This document shows, in pieces, positions 12,091 through 25,753 of a DNA stretch of 64,000 bases. Location of the stretch: positions 358,794,001 to 358,858,000 of the forward strand of contig OZ024743.1 of assembly GCA_964016885.1 (NCBI GenBank). Direction: 5' to 3'. Both the position numbers and the translations under genes were made by a program. Position 1 is the first letter of the stretch. Each line of letters starts with the position of its first letter. The notes under the pieces are model-generated. The model saw nothing but the letters and a program-made list of their open reading frames with translations, had not been told where the DNA came from and searched no databases. The stretch comes from Eledone cirrhosa (Eukaryota).

Positions 12091-12731
12091 TATATGTAAT
12101 TTTATTCCTTGATTTGTTCCAGTCAATGCTAGGGAACCACTATAAATGATGCTACACGCTCCACAACTTCCCCCTTTCTCTCTCTTTTTGTAGCTTTTGA
12201 TGAGATATACCCAGTAGCAGGAGAGAGATTTGGCTGGTACCTCAAGTAGGTTCCAAGACCAGGTTAAAAAACAATAACAAATTATTTTTATAAGGGACAT
12301 GACTCATACATATTTTTTCTTTAAGGGAAATAACTCTAAAGAATGACTCCCCCCCTCCAATAATTCGGTAAATGCTGTGACTGGTGATGCTTTTGAGTCA
12401 ATTTATAAATTCTCTTTTCTTGAAAATTATTCTTATTTGTAGCATCATCATAGTTTTTTGGGGTTGTTTCAGACTCCAACCCACACAATTCATGCCTTAC
12501 CCAGCTGAATTATAATTAAAGGTTTGTTCCAGCCCAGGCCAACAAAAAAGGAGCGGATAATTTTCTTTGAGGCAGAACGTATGTATGTATTAAAGTTATA
12601 TCTGTATAAATACAGTGTAACCGAGATTGGATCAACGTGTTTAAATATAAACACATATCTAATATGTAGGTGTGTAAAGACGCCAGAAAATACGAATTTT
12701 CCTGTAAATTACAAAAAAAAAATTGATAAAT

Positions 12732-12776
12732 ACCTTTAATCGATTTTCAGATCTAATTGGTTCTTCATCAGAAGGC
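12732..12776 (-). ncRNA. Minimal type I hammerhead ribozyme
   Basis: GCCTT-CTGATGA-AGAACCAATTAGATCT-GAAA-ATCGAT-TA-AAGGT. Canonical core, palindromic AATCGATT stem III. Confidence 0.75.
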
Positions 12777-13329
12777 GTGTATATCATCATTTAAGATGTG
12801 TATGTATATATGTGTGTACAATCCTCGACAATATTGACAGACCCCAAAACCTGAAAGCGTTTGATAGACAAAAACGCAAAAACGCAAAAAAAACCCCAAA
12901 AAACCCCCCAAAAAACAACAAAATAAAACAACAAAAAAAAAACAAACAAAACAAATTCAGCGCCAGAAATGGACACAAAAGTAAGCGAAAAAATTAATGT
13001 GGACGAGTTGTCTTCCTCGGATAAGTTGGGGGAATTCATTAGAATACATTTCAACCACACAGACAGACACACGCGCGCGCGCGCACACACACACACGCAG
13101 ACGTAGGCATCTGGAACAGATTTTGACCATGGCGTGGGGTGGAAGAGCAGGTCAATTCAGGTTTGTGTATGTGTGTGTGTCTGGATGTGTGTGGGTGGGT
13201 GGGGGTGCGGGTCATATACAACAAAATTAGAATATACACCAAACCCCCAATTTTATATATGAAAATCGGCTGGGCGTAAGTAATTAGAATTAAAAAAGGT
13301 ATACACACAGGTATTAAATTAAAAATATC

Positions 13330-13575
13330 TAACCTTCCTCATTGCACGTCCACTTTCCACACTGGTATATGTTGAACTGGTTGTCACAGTCTGAGACCAT
13401 AGATATCATAGCAACCTCATCTTGCTCATACATTACATATTTGGCATGGTTTCTATGGCCGGATGCTCTTCCCAACATAACCACTTTAGAGTGTTTACTG
13501 GGTCCATTGTTTTTGCGATACCAGTACAACCATTCTACACAGATGATTATGTATGTACTATGAAGGCACCAACAC
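13330..13575 (-). mobile_element. Degenerate SINE (second family)
   Basis: GGCCGGATGCTCTTCC...ACCACTTTAGAGTGTTTACTGGGT. The reverse-complement homologue is at ~16060-16120 (ACCCAGTACACTCTGTAAAGT...GAAGAGCATCTAGCC). Confidence 0.55.
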
Positions 13576-13780
13576 AAAAACCGATGAATTTTGCCACAGT
13601 AAGGACATTAGATACTTCTTGTTAAAAATTTAATTTTTCTTTGACAAAGAGTTAAAACTAAAAATCCCAGCAGAGGGCACAAATAAATTGCTGCGGCCTT
13701 CGTTAGTGCCCCCCCCCCCCCCAACCTGCTACGGGGACCAGGGGAAATTGCTCCCTTTGCTCCGCATTAAATCCGACCCT

Positions 13781-13907
13781 AAACACACATACAAACAGAT
13801 ACACGCATAAACACACATACAAACAGATACACGCATAAACACACATACAAACAGATACACGCATAAACACACATACAAACAGATACACGCATAAACACAC
13901 ATACAAA
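13781..13907. repeat. 28-bp minisatellite (AAACACACATACAAACAGATACACGCAT) x~4.5, within a CA-rich tract running to ~14195
   Basis: Unit read directly from the sequence. Confidence 0.9.
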
Positions 13908-14225
13908 CGTAGACACATACTGATAGACATACACAGACACACACACTCACTCAGAGAGACACACGTAAATACACATAACCACGCACAGACATATCGACAC
14001 AGATACAGATAGATAGACACGCACATACACACACATACACGCACACAAACATATATCTCATATAGGCACACAAGGATACACAAACCTTTTTTGTAGGCAC
14101 AGGCACGCACGCACATACACATACACATATTCGTAGACACACACACTTCATATAGACACACATACACCTCATGTAGACACACACAGATACACACATCTTA
14201 GATAGTAGTCTTAATTCGTTGCAAG

Positions 14226-14360
14226 GCGGCGAATTGGCAGAGTCGTTAGAACGTCGGGTAGAATGCTTTGTAGTATTCATTTCGGCTCTCTGACTTTCTG
14301 AGTTCAAATCCCGCTGTGGTCATCTTTGTCTTTCATCCTTTTGAGGTCGATAAAAAAGGT
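14226..14360 (+). mobile_element. tRNA-derived SINE
   Basis: A-box-like TGGCAGAGTCGTTAG, B-box GAGTTCAAATCC, family body. Confidence 0.8.
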
Positions 14361-14754
14361 GTCGATTCTTCTTCTAATATCTCTTTCTCACTTCCATTCT
14401 CTCACTCACTCCTCTCTTTATCCTTCTCTGGATGAAATCTGCTGTTTTCAGACCGCGAGAAAGATGGGCTTCCCAGGTTTAGAAATGCCCAAGTAACACC
14501 GTATTTCAGCACGGCGCCTCAACGACTCCCTCAGAAGTTACGGGACCATGCAAAAAAAAAAAAAAAAAAAAAAAAAAATCCGTTGTCCGGGTTTATACTA
14601 CCACCTGGCTTTTATGTTCCTTTAGAAAAGTTTACTATGTTGAAAGCATTCGGGTCAGGTTTCCGTTTGATGAAACCTTTTTCTTTTTCTCTCACGAGTC
14701 ACAGGGTCATTGAAAAGACCATGGACACTGCTCTTTTACTTGACTTAACGAAAA

Positions 14755-15062
14755 TCAATCGACCCAGTGCTTGACTGGTACTTTATTTTATCGACCCCGT
14801 AAGGATGAAAGGCAAAGTTAACCTCGGCGGGATTTGAACTCAAAATAATGATTTCTAGTATAGGCACAAGGCCAGTAATTTGAGGGAGGGGAAAGTCGAT
14901 TAAGTCGACCCTAGTACGTGACTGGTGCTTTAATTTATCGACCCCGTAAGGATGAAAGGCAAAGTTAACCTCGGCGGGAGCTGAACTTAGATCATAAAGG
15001 GCCGTATCTCTATGCTGCAAAGCATGGTATCTGACTCTACCGATATTGCCAATCCACCGTCC
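14755..15062 (-). mobile_element. tRNA-derived SINE plus a tandem partial copy
   Basis: Two reverse-complement copies of the SINE body (ATCGACCCCGTAAGGATGAAAGGCAAAGTTAACCTCGGCGGGA). Confidence 0.8.
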
Positions 15063-15293
15063 TATTCGGCTTCAATATAATAAAAACAGAAAAATCAATT
15101 TAGCTACTTGGTAAGCTCTGGCAAACATTGAAACTTCGTCAATATATTGTATTACTAATTATACAAACTTTTACTGTTACACATTAGTTAATTGAAAATA
15201 CAATTAAATGTATCATATCAAGTTCAGGGAAAAACAAAATATTAATTCGAATAAAATATTAATTCGAAACCGTCATTATTGATTTAAATAAAG

Positions 15294-15480
15294 AGCAGTG
15301 GATTGGCAGTATCGGTAGAGGGTCGGACGCCATGCTTTCCAGCATAGTTACGTCCCTTTACGATCTGAGTTCAAATCCCACCGAGGTTGACTTTGCCTTT
15401 CATCCTCACGGGTCGATAAAATAAAGTACTAGTAATGCACTGGGTATTTGCTGGCCTTGTGCCTAGAGTAGAAACAATTA
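15294..15480 (+). mobile_element. tRNA-derived SINE
   Basis: TGGCAGTATCGGTAGAG A-box, GAGTTCAAATCC B-box. Tail nearly identical to the 6145 copy. Confidence 0.8.
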
Positions 15481-15600
15481 TTGATTTAAATAAATTATTT
15501 TTGATTTAAGTGCGATAAGTAAAATACAATGTAATTATAATTTTATTATTTCACTGTCAAAAATAATATATTTAAATGAATTAATGACTAACCTATTTTA

Positions 15601-15814
15601 CAGGGTGGGCCAGAATTCATGACTCATTTGATTATTTATAGATCTATTAACAAAATGTTATAAAACAAGTTAAGGAATATAAAGGAATATAAATTAAGAA
15701 ACCTGCTAAGCATATTAAGAAATAAAATAATAAATTAAAACAATACAATAATAATAAAATAAGCATGCTAAGAAATATAACTAACAAGCGAGTCATGAAT
15801 TCTGGCCCACCCCA
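15601..15814. mobile_element. Tc1/mariner-type MITE
   Basis: TIRs CAGGGTGGGCCAGAATTCATGACTC ... GAGTCATGAATTCTGGCCCACCCCA, TA on both sides, AT-rich interior. Confidence 0.8.
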
Positions 15815-15999
15815 TATATTTATTGCAGAGATGTTCCAATATATCCGTGGTTTCTTAGGTCAATGTTCTGCCAAGAAGCTAAACCAAATACTTTCCTTTT
15901 GGTAGTATTTTCCCATATATACGATAGTCTACTAATGGCACAATAAAATACATCATATCCAAGCAGTGAAGTATTTGGCGATTAAAAGGACATCTAATC

Positions 16000-16350
16000 T
16001 TTAAAAACTCGACATACACATGACAATCTCCCCAGTATTGGTGATTTACACGATAAACGCACCCAGTACACTCTGTAAAGTAGTTGATGATAAGAAGAGC
16101 ATCTAGCCGAAGAAAACCTGTCAAACACATGGTCGAGAGGACTTTTCAGCTGTGTCAAGGATATGACAACATCCCTAGTGTTGGTGTTATGATAGAATGA
16201 CACGTGGTAGAGCGTAGTAATGTATGTAAGCGAGATGCAGGCTCCCAGCCGTCCATGGAATCAATACCACCGCTTGAGTATCAACCAAGTGTTTTAACGA
16301 CCCGTCTAATCCTTGTGAGCAAGAAAATCGGACGTTAAACAGTAATGAGG
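16000..16350 (+). mobile_element. Degenerate SINE (second family)
   Basis: Homologous to the reverse complement of 13330-13575. Ends GGACGTTAAAC plus a short repeat tail. Confidence 0.5.
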
Positions 16351-16394
16351 GTGATTACACAATAAATTTTTTTTTCTTTTTTGTGGTAGTAGTA

Positions 16395-18810
16395 GATTGA
16401 TGGACGCGTTCGCCACCTCTGCCGGACCTTTCAGGGACAGCTTCATCTAGGCCCATTTCTGAGTGCAATTAGCCACTCGTTCGTTACCTTGTAACACTTT
16501 TTGTCCATCTGGAGATCCGGACCGAAACAGACCCCGAGCAATTTAACCCACCCGTCAGTACAGCACCCAGCGACGCTGTTGGACTGCATGGACCTGCCTC
16601 TCCACGTGCCAAGTTGCAGGTCTACCGACTTTTCCTGGTTCACTTTTGCTCCTGTTAGCGCTTCGTATTATCTCAGAGCAGTGCAGATCACCTCAATCCG
16701 TTTGATGTTCTACACTACTACGGTGACGTCGTCAGCATAAGCTGATGTTGAACGGTTCCGAGAGGTGACCTTTCACTCTAACCACTGAGCAGATGTCGTT
16801 GTGCATAGCAGTGACCCATCTTCTGAAAACTGACTCAAAGCCAACTGTATTGGGGATCGCCGACAAGCAGTGATGGTCGATCCTATCGAATACTTTCGAT
16901 GGATCTAAATTGATCAGTGCCTCACTCCTGCCAGGTTTCTTAGCCACCCTCTCTATGATGTATCACATAACGCGGAGGTTGTCGTGTATGGATCTCTTGG
17001 GAATGGCACATGTCTGTGCTTCCCCTACCAGACCACCAATGACAAGCGCCAACCTCGTTGCTAACACCTTGGCCAAAATTTTGAACTCTGCATTTAGCCG
17101 AGTTAAGGGCATACAATTATTTATATTGTCTCCCTTGTTCAGGTATTTTCTAAGCAATGCCACCACTTCATGGCTCAAAGAACTGGAAATTCTCCCATTC
17201 TGTTGCCAGTTGCAGTAGACGTCTGCCAAGAGGTCACAAAACAAGTCTGGCATATAAACATAAAGCTCGTAGGGCAGACCATCTAATCTAGGCGATTTGC
17301 CCCTAGTTCAGTCAGCTAATGCTTCCTGTATCTCAACGGCTGTTATTGGCTTTTCGCAACACCCCGTCTCTGTCACTGACAGCCGTGGCAGACCGTCGAG
17401 ATAGGTTATGAAGTCCATCTTGCAATCCGGCCCGCCACCACTCCCGAACAGTCGGGCAACGTGTTGCTGAAAATTCGCATACATTTGCTTGGGATCGAGT
17501 ATCATGCGCCCATCGTCGTGTTGCAGAGATCAAATTGTGGCTTTGTTGCCACGACACGCCTCTGCCCCACGGATACATTGAACGGCTTTCGTCCCCTCAT
17601 GTCTAAGAGCACGTATCTTAGCTCTGACCACTCAGTCTTTATGCTTAGCATTGAAGAATTTGTCTAGGGTCAATCTCGCCGCAAGAACGTCGGTTGCGAT
17701 ACCTTTGATAATTGCCGCTTCTAGCTTTTTCACTAGTTCCCTCTCTACTCTAGTTTTCTCTATTGCTACAGCTTTGCTAAATCTTATTGATTCTACCTTA
17801 ATTGCCATCAGGGCATACCACTAATTGTGTTGCCCCTGTCAACGTTCGCTTAACAAATTCACTAGTAAAATGTTCACTGTCATCCCTGATCAATTGCCCT
17901 TGTTTATTTGGTAAACATAAAGAATTTTTGTGTTCTCCTTAATATTTACCGTTACGGCGGCTAATAGCCAAGAAATTTCCGGTAGTATTTGGTTTAATTT
18001 GATTCTTACTAATCTCCTCATTCCTCAGTAGAATGGGATTAGCAGAATTTCCTCACCTGGAATGTCTTGAGGGAGTGAGATTTTGCCTCTTTTTCGGTGT
18101 TAAATCTCACCTCCACCTCTTTGAATATAACATTTTTGGGTCCAGACTGGCCCCAAAGCCTTTTGAATTTGAGCTTCTGTAGCTTTTAAATTTTTCTAAT
18201 TTTTAATCCAATAATACAGTATGTCACAGTTCCACATACCATATTTTGGATTGTTTCCAAAGTAGTCTTGAGACTGACGATATGGCCATTTTTTTCAACA
18301 AGACTCCTTGCCTTTTCTATTTCATCCTCAGTAAAGTTTAATTTTTTGAAGAATGACTTGATAGCACTGGCGAAAGAAATTTTCTTGTTGCTATTGTTCA
18401 GAGTGGATTGTGTTTTGTTGTTGTTGTTGTTGCTCCCGCTGGGAACGTTGTTACTGTTATTGATGTTGTTGTTATTATTGTTGTTTTAGTTGATACTGTT
18501 GCTACTGTTATTGTTGTTGTGGCTGTTGTTGCTATTGTCATTGTTATTGTCTTTCTTATCGCTGTTATTTTCGTTGTTGCTGCTGTTATTGATGGTGTTG
18601 TTGTTGGTGTTATTGTTGGTGTTGTTTGTGTCAGAACCATTTGTTTTAAATCTGAAACAATATCATTAATAACGATATTGTTTTTCTTTTCTTTTGAAAT
18701 ATTTTCTTTTGTATTTTCCTTTGAGAGAACGCTGTCTTATTGAACTGTTGACAACAACGTCTTCCTATCTCTATGTTGTCTTACAACGATCTCTCTATTT
18801 GTAGTGGTAT
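16395..18810 (-). pseudogene. Decayed Tx1-clade LINE (ORF2 fragments 16395-17870, ORF1-like 17880-18810)
   Basis: Fragments GLQLGTWRG, INLDPSKVFDRIDH, PLTRLNAEFKILAKVLA. Asn/Thr-rich ORF1 with the KKISFA motif. Confidence 0.8.
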
Positions 18811-18824
18811 CCATGTTTGAAATA

Positions 18825-18973
18825 ATGGTTTCTTATTAACCACAAGGGTTGACATAAACTATAACATTAAAGACAGCACAGGACGGTACAGGACGGTACA
18901 AATGGGCAGAAAAAAAAACAATAAGAAAAGAAATGACAAAAAAAAAAGAAACAAAGGGAAAATGTCCAATAGT

Positions 18974-19004
<31 letters not shown>

Positions 19005-22000
19005 GAGACTTCCGAGGGTCACGCGTGGCGAAAGCCCATTAAAAACGCTACGGTGACTCTGACCACCAGGGCAATTGCCCTCTCCCAGTTTTCCACCTCC
19101 AATTTACAGGCGCATACTCAGAGCAGCCCCATTCACTCGGGCCATGCTTGCCTCTCTCAGTCATATTTCAACAAATTGCTGGGAAGAGAGCACTTCCCTC
19201 TCCCCCCTGATTTTACTTTTCAAATGAAATTTGAAACAGTTAATCAGGGCATCACCGAAGAGGTAAGTGCTCGTCTTCAGCCCTTTCAAACGCGTCCACC
19301 ACACAACCTCTTTCGCCATGGCCACCATGCAGATAAAAACTTCCCGCCCTTCCCGGCTAAAGGAAGGTGGTACGGCAATCTTCACGATGGACTCAGCTGA
19401 TAGCCAGATCCGTGCTACACGCAACAGCTGTTCGACATAAACTCACAAGTCAGCAATGTTCGGACACTGGACGAGTGCGTGCAGGACAGTTTCGTCGCTC
19501 TGCGCGCATCTCGGGCAGGTCCGTCTGACAACACTTCCGTGCCAATGGACTCACTCAATAACCGGATCCGTTCTACACGCGACAGCAGCTATTCGACATA
19601 GCTCTACAAGTCAGCAATCCTTGGGCACTGAACGAGTGCGTACAGGACGGTTTCGTCGCCCTGCGCGCATCTCGGACAGGCCCGGCTGACGGCACTTCCA
19701 TGTCTGAGAAGTTTATCCCGAACTAGCAAAGCTCCCCGGTAGCACTGCCAGGCCAGGGATTTCTGGAAGTTGTCTATGGTGCTTAGACCTAAAGTCCTCA
19801 GGAAAAGAGTGGCGCGTTGATTTTCGTCGACGCCCAGAGTCTTCCCAAGGACGTCGTCGCTTTTTTACCCCCCCCCCCCCACTAACCCTCTATAGAACGC
19901 CAAGGTGGAGTTTCCACCGATCGCATCGCCCGATTGGTCGAGGGCTGTGAGCGTCTGAAGACATTCCAATCTACAAGCGCCCCCTCTCGGCCTTCGCTTG
20001 ATCCAGGACTGCAGCTCCGTCAAGGAGACGAGCTGGGGAAAGACGTGTCTAGCAAACGGCGACTACACCTGATCACCGTCGAGGAAGAGGTGGAGATGTC
20101 GTAGCCTGAGCGCGTGTCTGCGCATCATCAGCCACGGCATGCCCAGCCCTCCAGGTAGCGGGTGTTGACAGCAAATGGACTGCCTGACCATCGGAGTGCG
20201 TCCCTTCCACAAAAAGCGAAAGAACAAACGATCCAACGCAGTCAGGCGAGGCTTAGGACAAGGCACGACGGTCATGTAATAGTAGATAACGGACGCGATG
20301 TACGCGTTTGCCACCTCTGCTCGACCTTTCAGGGATAGCTTCCTCTCGACCCATTTCTGGGTGAGAGAGGCCACCCTGCTCGTCACCTCGTCCCAGTTTT
20401 TGTCCGTCTGGATCAGCTTCTCCAGGTGCCGGGTCGCAGGCCCACCGACTTATCCTGGTTAATCATTGCTCCTTTCACCACCTCGTATTCTCTTAGTGTA
20501 GTGCCGATCGCCTCGATGTGTTTGGCATTCGCCACCACTACGGTGACGTCATCGGCATATGCTGACATGGTTCACCCGCATCCCAGTTCGCGCGGGACGC
20601 CCCTCAACGTCTCCAGCTTGTGCAGTAATGGCTCGAGAGCCAATACGTACAACAGGGACGAGAGGGGACATCCTTGGCGGACCGAGCGCATGATGCCGAC
20701 CGAACGCATGATGTGGACCGAGCGCATGAACGGTTCCTAAAGGTGACCGTTCACTCTCACCACAGAGCAGATGTCGCTGCGCTTAGCAGCAATCCAGCCT
20801 CTGAAGACGGGACCGACGCCGGCCGCCCTCAGGACCGCCGCCAAATAACGATAGTCGACCCTATCGAAAGCTTTCGACTAATCTAAATTGATCAAGGTCC
20901 CTCCCGTGCCAGGTTCGTTAGCTACCCTTTCCACGATGTATTGTATGAGGTGGAGGTTGTCGTGGATGGATCTATCTGGAATGGCACATGTCTGCACCTC
21001 TCCTAACAAACCACCGACGACAAGCGCCAACCTCTTTGTTAGCACCTTGGCCAAAATCTTGAACTCTGCGTTTAGCAGAGTTATGGGCCTGAAATTATCA
21101 TGTTGTCCCCCTTGTTCGGGTCCTTTCTCAGCAGCGCTACTGCTCCTCGGCTCACAGAGCTGGGAATCTCCCGTTCTGCTGCCAGTTGCAGTAGACGTCC
21201 ACCAAGAGGTCGCCGAACAAGTCTGGCAGTATATGTAAAGATCGTAGGGCAGACCATCTAAACCAGGCGATTTACCCATCGTGCAGTCAGTCATTACTAC
21301 CCGTATTTCAGCGGCTGTTATCGGCTTTTCAGTGGCCGAGAGCCGCGGCAGTCAGTTGAGGTAGGTGCTAAAGTCCATCCTGCGATCCGACTCACCATTG
21401 CTCCCGAACAGTTGAGCGAAGTGCCGCTGAAAAGCCGCACACATTTGCTCGGGTTCGAATAACATGCGCCCGTTGTGGTCCTCCAAATGCTAGTGTTGTG
21501 TTGGATGAGGTGTAATAATTACTTATTGTTCAAGTTTAATGCTGGGTAGTGTGTTTCGGTTTGGTTGCTTTGTTTTGTTTGTGTTTGTTGTGGGTTTGTT
21601 TCTGTTTCACTTGGTGTTTTTTGTGGTATTGGTGATGGTGGTGTTGGGGTTGATGATGGTGATGGTATTGGTGTTTGTGGTGATGGGGCTGGTGATGCTG
21701 GTGTGGGTGGTGGCGTAGCTGTCTTAACTTTCTTGTTAGTTAGTTTGTTTCTTTCACCCTCTATTTTTGTTTGTTTGTTTCATCCTCTAATTTTTTTGAG
21801 GGCGAAGGAAGAGAGGTTTTTTTTTTTTCGTTTTTTCTTTCCCAGATACAATTTCCCACCCCTCTTCCTTGTCCCAATCCATCTCCAGTTGTGAGAGGTC
21901 GAGGAGTGGAATGTCCTCCACAGGCGTTGGTTTTGGTTGTGGCGTGGTGGATGGTGGAGGCGCTGGTGCTACTTCTGGTGCGGTGGGCGGTGGTGGTGTT

Positions 22001-23045
22001 ACTGCTACAGTTGCTGCTGTCGTTGCTGCTACAGTTGCTGCTGCCATTTCTGCTACTGGCTTTGATGGTTGAGTCAGTTGGATGGGCAGGAGAGGTGGCC
22101 TTAATTTTTTAGCCATCCTCTGAGGGCAGAAGGCTTTTAGGTGGGTTCCCTCGCCACAAACGACACATCTAGGCCTCTACCTTCAACGATTACGGTGAGG
22201 TGGCTGTCGTCATCGAGGTCTATCACCTCTGGATTCTCTTGGATGTTTTTTTGGTCCACTTGGATCAGGAGCTCCATTCCAGATCCGGACCAGTTCTCCT
22301 GTTTTACTCTAATCATCTCGATCACTTTTGTGTCGGCCTCGATGTCGGCGAGGTCAGTGAAGCCGGCAGCCATCAGCCAGGGAATTTCAATGGTCGGCCG
22401 AACCTGAATCACCCTTATTCTTACGAGTCTGCTCTCTAGCTTCCTGTCGGGTTCCAAAGAACACGTCCACGGTTCCATGTCTTTGTCCACGTTTGAGGTG
22501 GGTTTTTTGAACCCACACATGTCCCAAAGCTTTTTGGATCTGGGACTCGGATGCCCGCTCCACTCGGCGTGTTTTTATATTGATCGTGCGGAATGATATA
22601 GTACACTAGCGACGATGCTGCATGGTATTTGTTGGGATGGGGTGGATGGGGGTGAGGGTGAGACTGACCATTTAACTATTTTTCTTCACCATTCGCCTGG
22701 CCTCATTCAGTTCTTGGCTTACCTCAATAATTTCGTTCTTGTTAGCAAAAGACACATTTGGTTTTGCGCTGGTGTTGGTGTTGTTGTTGCTGTTGTTGTC
22801 ATTGTTATTTTTGGTATTATTATTTTTTGTTTCAGTTGTTGCTGTGGTGGTGGTATCAGTGGTATTAGATGTACTCTTCGACATTGTGGTGGTGGAGATG
22901 GCGGCTTTAACACCTGTAGGCATTGGCAAAGGCGGGGAGTCTACGCCTGCACATGGCAAACTTTGGTGACTGCTATTGCTGCTGGTGGTGTTAGCAAAAA
23001 CGTTATCGGTTTTAGCAATTGTAGCAAGGTTCACAATGGTGGTGG
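18825..23045 (-). mobile_element. Tx1-clade LINE, internally deleted and frameshifted
   Basis: 3' UTR at 18825-19110; ORF2 RT and zinc-finger pieces 19110-21485 (RPITLLNAEFKILAK, SAYADD, LSLKGRAEV); ORF1 21490-23040 (KPNVSFA, VIVEGR). The endonuclease region is missing. Confidence 0.85.
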
Positions 23046-23282
23046 TGGGAGTAATATGTAACTTAGAGCTGTTGTTACGAGAAAAAAAAATTGTTTGACA
23101 AAATAAAGTTTACATTTTAGGCTCAAGGCCTCAATATTATTGAGTGTCCTTTTCAGAAAGCAATATATATGAAGCTATAAACAGTTAACAGTTAACAGTT
23201 GCCAGAACTGGCAATTCAAAACAACTGAAAACAACAAACCTTTATGAGCTCACGATAATGCGTTTTCCGACGCAAGTCGTCA

Positions 23283-25753
23283 ATAATAATAATAATAATG
23301 CTTTCTTTATTAACCACAAGGTTACATAAAGTAAACATTAAGGACAGTACAGGACAATACAGGACGGTACAAATGGGCATTTCTGCGTGTAAAAAAAAAC
23401 AGAGAATGTAATAAAAAATAACAATGAAAAATTCCCCAATAGGGGAGAGACTTCGGAGGGACATTTGTGGAGAAAGCCCATTAAAAGGTCACAGTGACCC
23501 TGACCACCAGGGCAAGTGCCCTCTCCCAGTTTTCCACCTTTAATTTACAGACAGATACTCAGAGTAGGCCCATTCACTCGGGCCATACTTGCTTCTCTCA
23601 CCCATCTTTCAACTAAATGCTGGGAAGAGAGCACTTCCCTCTCTACCCTGATTTTCCTTTTCAAATGAAATTTGAAAAAGTTAATCAGGGCATCACCGAA
23701 TAGGTAAGTGCTCGTCTTCAGCCCTTTCAAACGTCTCTACCATACTATCTCTTTCGCCATGGCCACCAGACAGATAAAAACTGCCTGCCCTTCCCGGGTA
23801 AAGGAAGTAGGCGGGGCAATCCTCACGATGGACTCAGCTGATAGCTGGATCCGTCCTACACGTGACAGCAGGTGTTCGACATAAACCCACAAGTCAGCAA
23901 TGCTCGGACACTGGACGAGTGCGTGCAGGACGGTTTCGTCGCCCTGCGCGCATCTCCGAGATGCCCGGCTGACGGCACCTCCATGCCTGTAGAGTTTATC
24001 CCGAACTGGCAAAGCTCCTCGGTAGCACTGCCAGGCCAGGGATTTCTGGAAGTTGTCCATAGGCCCCGGCCCGAAAGTCCTTCCGAAGAGATTGGCTAGC
24101 TGATTTTCGTCGACGCCTAGAGTTTCTCCAAGTACGTCGTCGCTCTTCCCCTCCACTAATCCTCTATAGAACGCCAAGGTGGAGTTTCCACCGATCACAT
24201 TGCCCGATCGTTCGAGGGCTGTGAGCGCCTGAAGACATTCCAGTCTCCAAGCGCTCCCTCTCGGTCTTCGCTTGACCCAGGACTGCAGCTTCGTCAAGGA
24301 GACGAGCTGGGGAAAGACGTGTCTAGCAAACGGCGACCACACCTGATCACCGTCGAGGAAGAGGTGGAGATGTCGTAGCCTGAGCGCGTGTCTGCGCATC
24401 ATCAGCCACGGCATGTCCAGCCCTCCACGTAGCGGGTGTTGACAGCAGATGGACCGCCTGACCATCGGAGCGCGTCCCTTCCATAAAAAGCGAAAGAGCA
24501 AACGCTCCAGCGCAGTCAGGCGGGGATTAGGACAAGGTACGTAGTCAGGCGGTAGTAGATGACGGACGCGATGTACGCGTTAGCCACCTCCGCTCGACCT
24601 TTCAGGGATAGCTTCCTCTCCGCCCATTTCTGGGTGAGAGAAGCCACCCTGCTCGTCACCTCGTCCCAGTTTTTGTCCGTCTGGAGGTCCGGAACGAACC
24701 AGACCCCTAGCAATTTAACTGGTCCATCCGTCCAGCGCCCGACGACGCTGTTGGACGGCATGGACCTGCCTCTCCAGGTGCCGAGCTGCAGGCCCACTAA
24801 CTTTTCCTGGTTGATCATTGCTCCTGTCACCGCTTCGTATTCTCTTAGTGTAGTGCCGATCGCCTCGATGTGTTTGGCGTTCGACACCACTACGGCGACA
24901 TCGTCCGCATATGCTGACACGGATCTTCCGCATCCTAGTTCGCGCGGGACCACCTCAACGTCTCCAGTTTGTTCAGTAATGGCTCGAGAGTCAATACGTA
25001 CAAGAGGGACGAGAGGGGACATCCTTGGCGGACCGAGCGCATGATGTTGAACGGTTCCGAAAGGTGACTGTTCACTCTCACCACAGAGCAGATGTCGCTG
25101 TGCATGGCAGCGATCCAGCCTCTGCAGACGGGCCCAAAACCAGCCGCCCTCAGGACTGCCGCTAGGTAACGATGGTCGACCCTATCGAAAGCTTTCGACT
25201 GATCTAAATTGATCAAGGACCCACCCGTGCCAGGTTCCCTAGCTACCCTCTCTACGATGTATCGCATGAGGTGGAGATTGTCGTGGATGGATCTGTCGGG
25301 AATGGCGCATGTCTGCGCCTCTCCCACCAGACCACCAACGACAAGCGTCAACCTCTTTGCTAGCACCTTGGCCAAAATCTTGAACTCTGTGTTTAGCAGA
25401 GTTATGGGCCTAAAATTATCTATGTTATCCCCCTTGTTCGGATCCTTTCTCAGCAGCGCCACCGCTCCTCGGCTCACAGAGCTGGGAATTCTCCCGTTCT
25501 GTTGCCAGTTGCAGTAGACGTCCGCCAAGAGGCCTCCGAACAAGTCTGGCATTTGTACGTAAAGTTCATAGGGCAGACCATCCAAACCAGGCGATTTACC
25601 CCTTGTGCAGCCAGTCACTGCCTCCCGTACTTCAGCGGCTGTTATCGGCTTTTCGCAACACTCCGCCTCAGTGGCCGAGAGCCGCGGCAGTCCATCGAGG
25701 TAGACACTAAAGTCCATCCCTCGATCCGGCCCGCCGCTGCCCCCGAACAGCTG
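23283..25753 (-). mobile_element. 5'-truncated Tx1-clade LINE with (ATT)n tail
   Basis: ORFs 24935-25807, 24516-25022 and 23737-24501 are frameshifted pieces of one RT (KSPGLDG, LDQSKAFDRVDH, RQGCPLS, YADD). AATAAA then ATT repeats. Confidence 0.9.

Noticed and set aside
13781-13907. 28-bp repeated unit as a possible CRISPR-like array
   Set aside because: Head-to-tail units with no spacers, in eukaryotic CA-rich DNA. It is a minisatellite.
14226-15480. A-box/B-box sequences as tRNA genes
   Set aside because: They do not fold into cloverleafs and continue into a shared repeat body, so they are SINE heads.
19410-20730. Small internal duplications in a Tx1 copy (19415-19520 / 19575-19690; ACCGAGCGCATGATG x3 at ~20680-20730)
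   Set aside because: Local slippage in a dead copy, with no sign of function.
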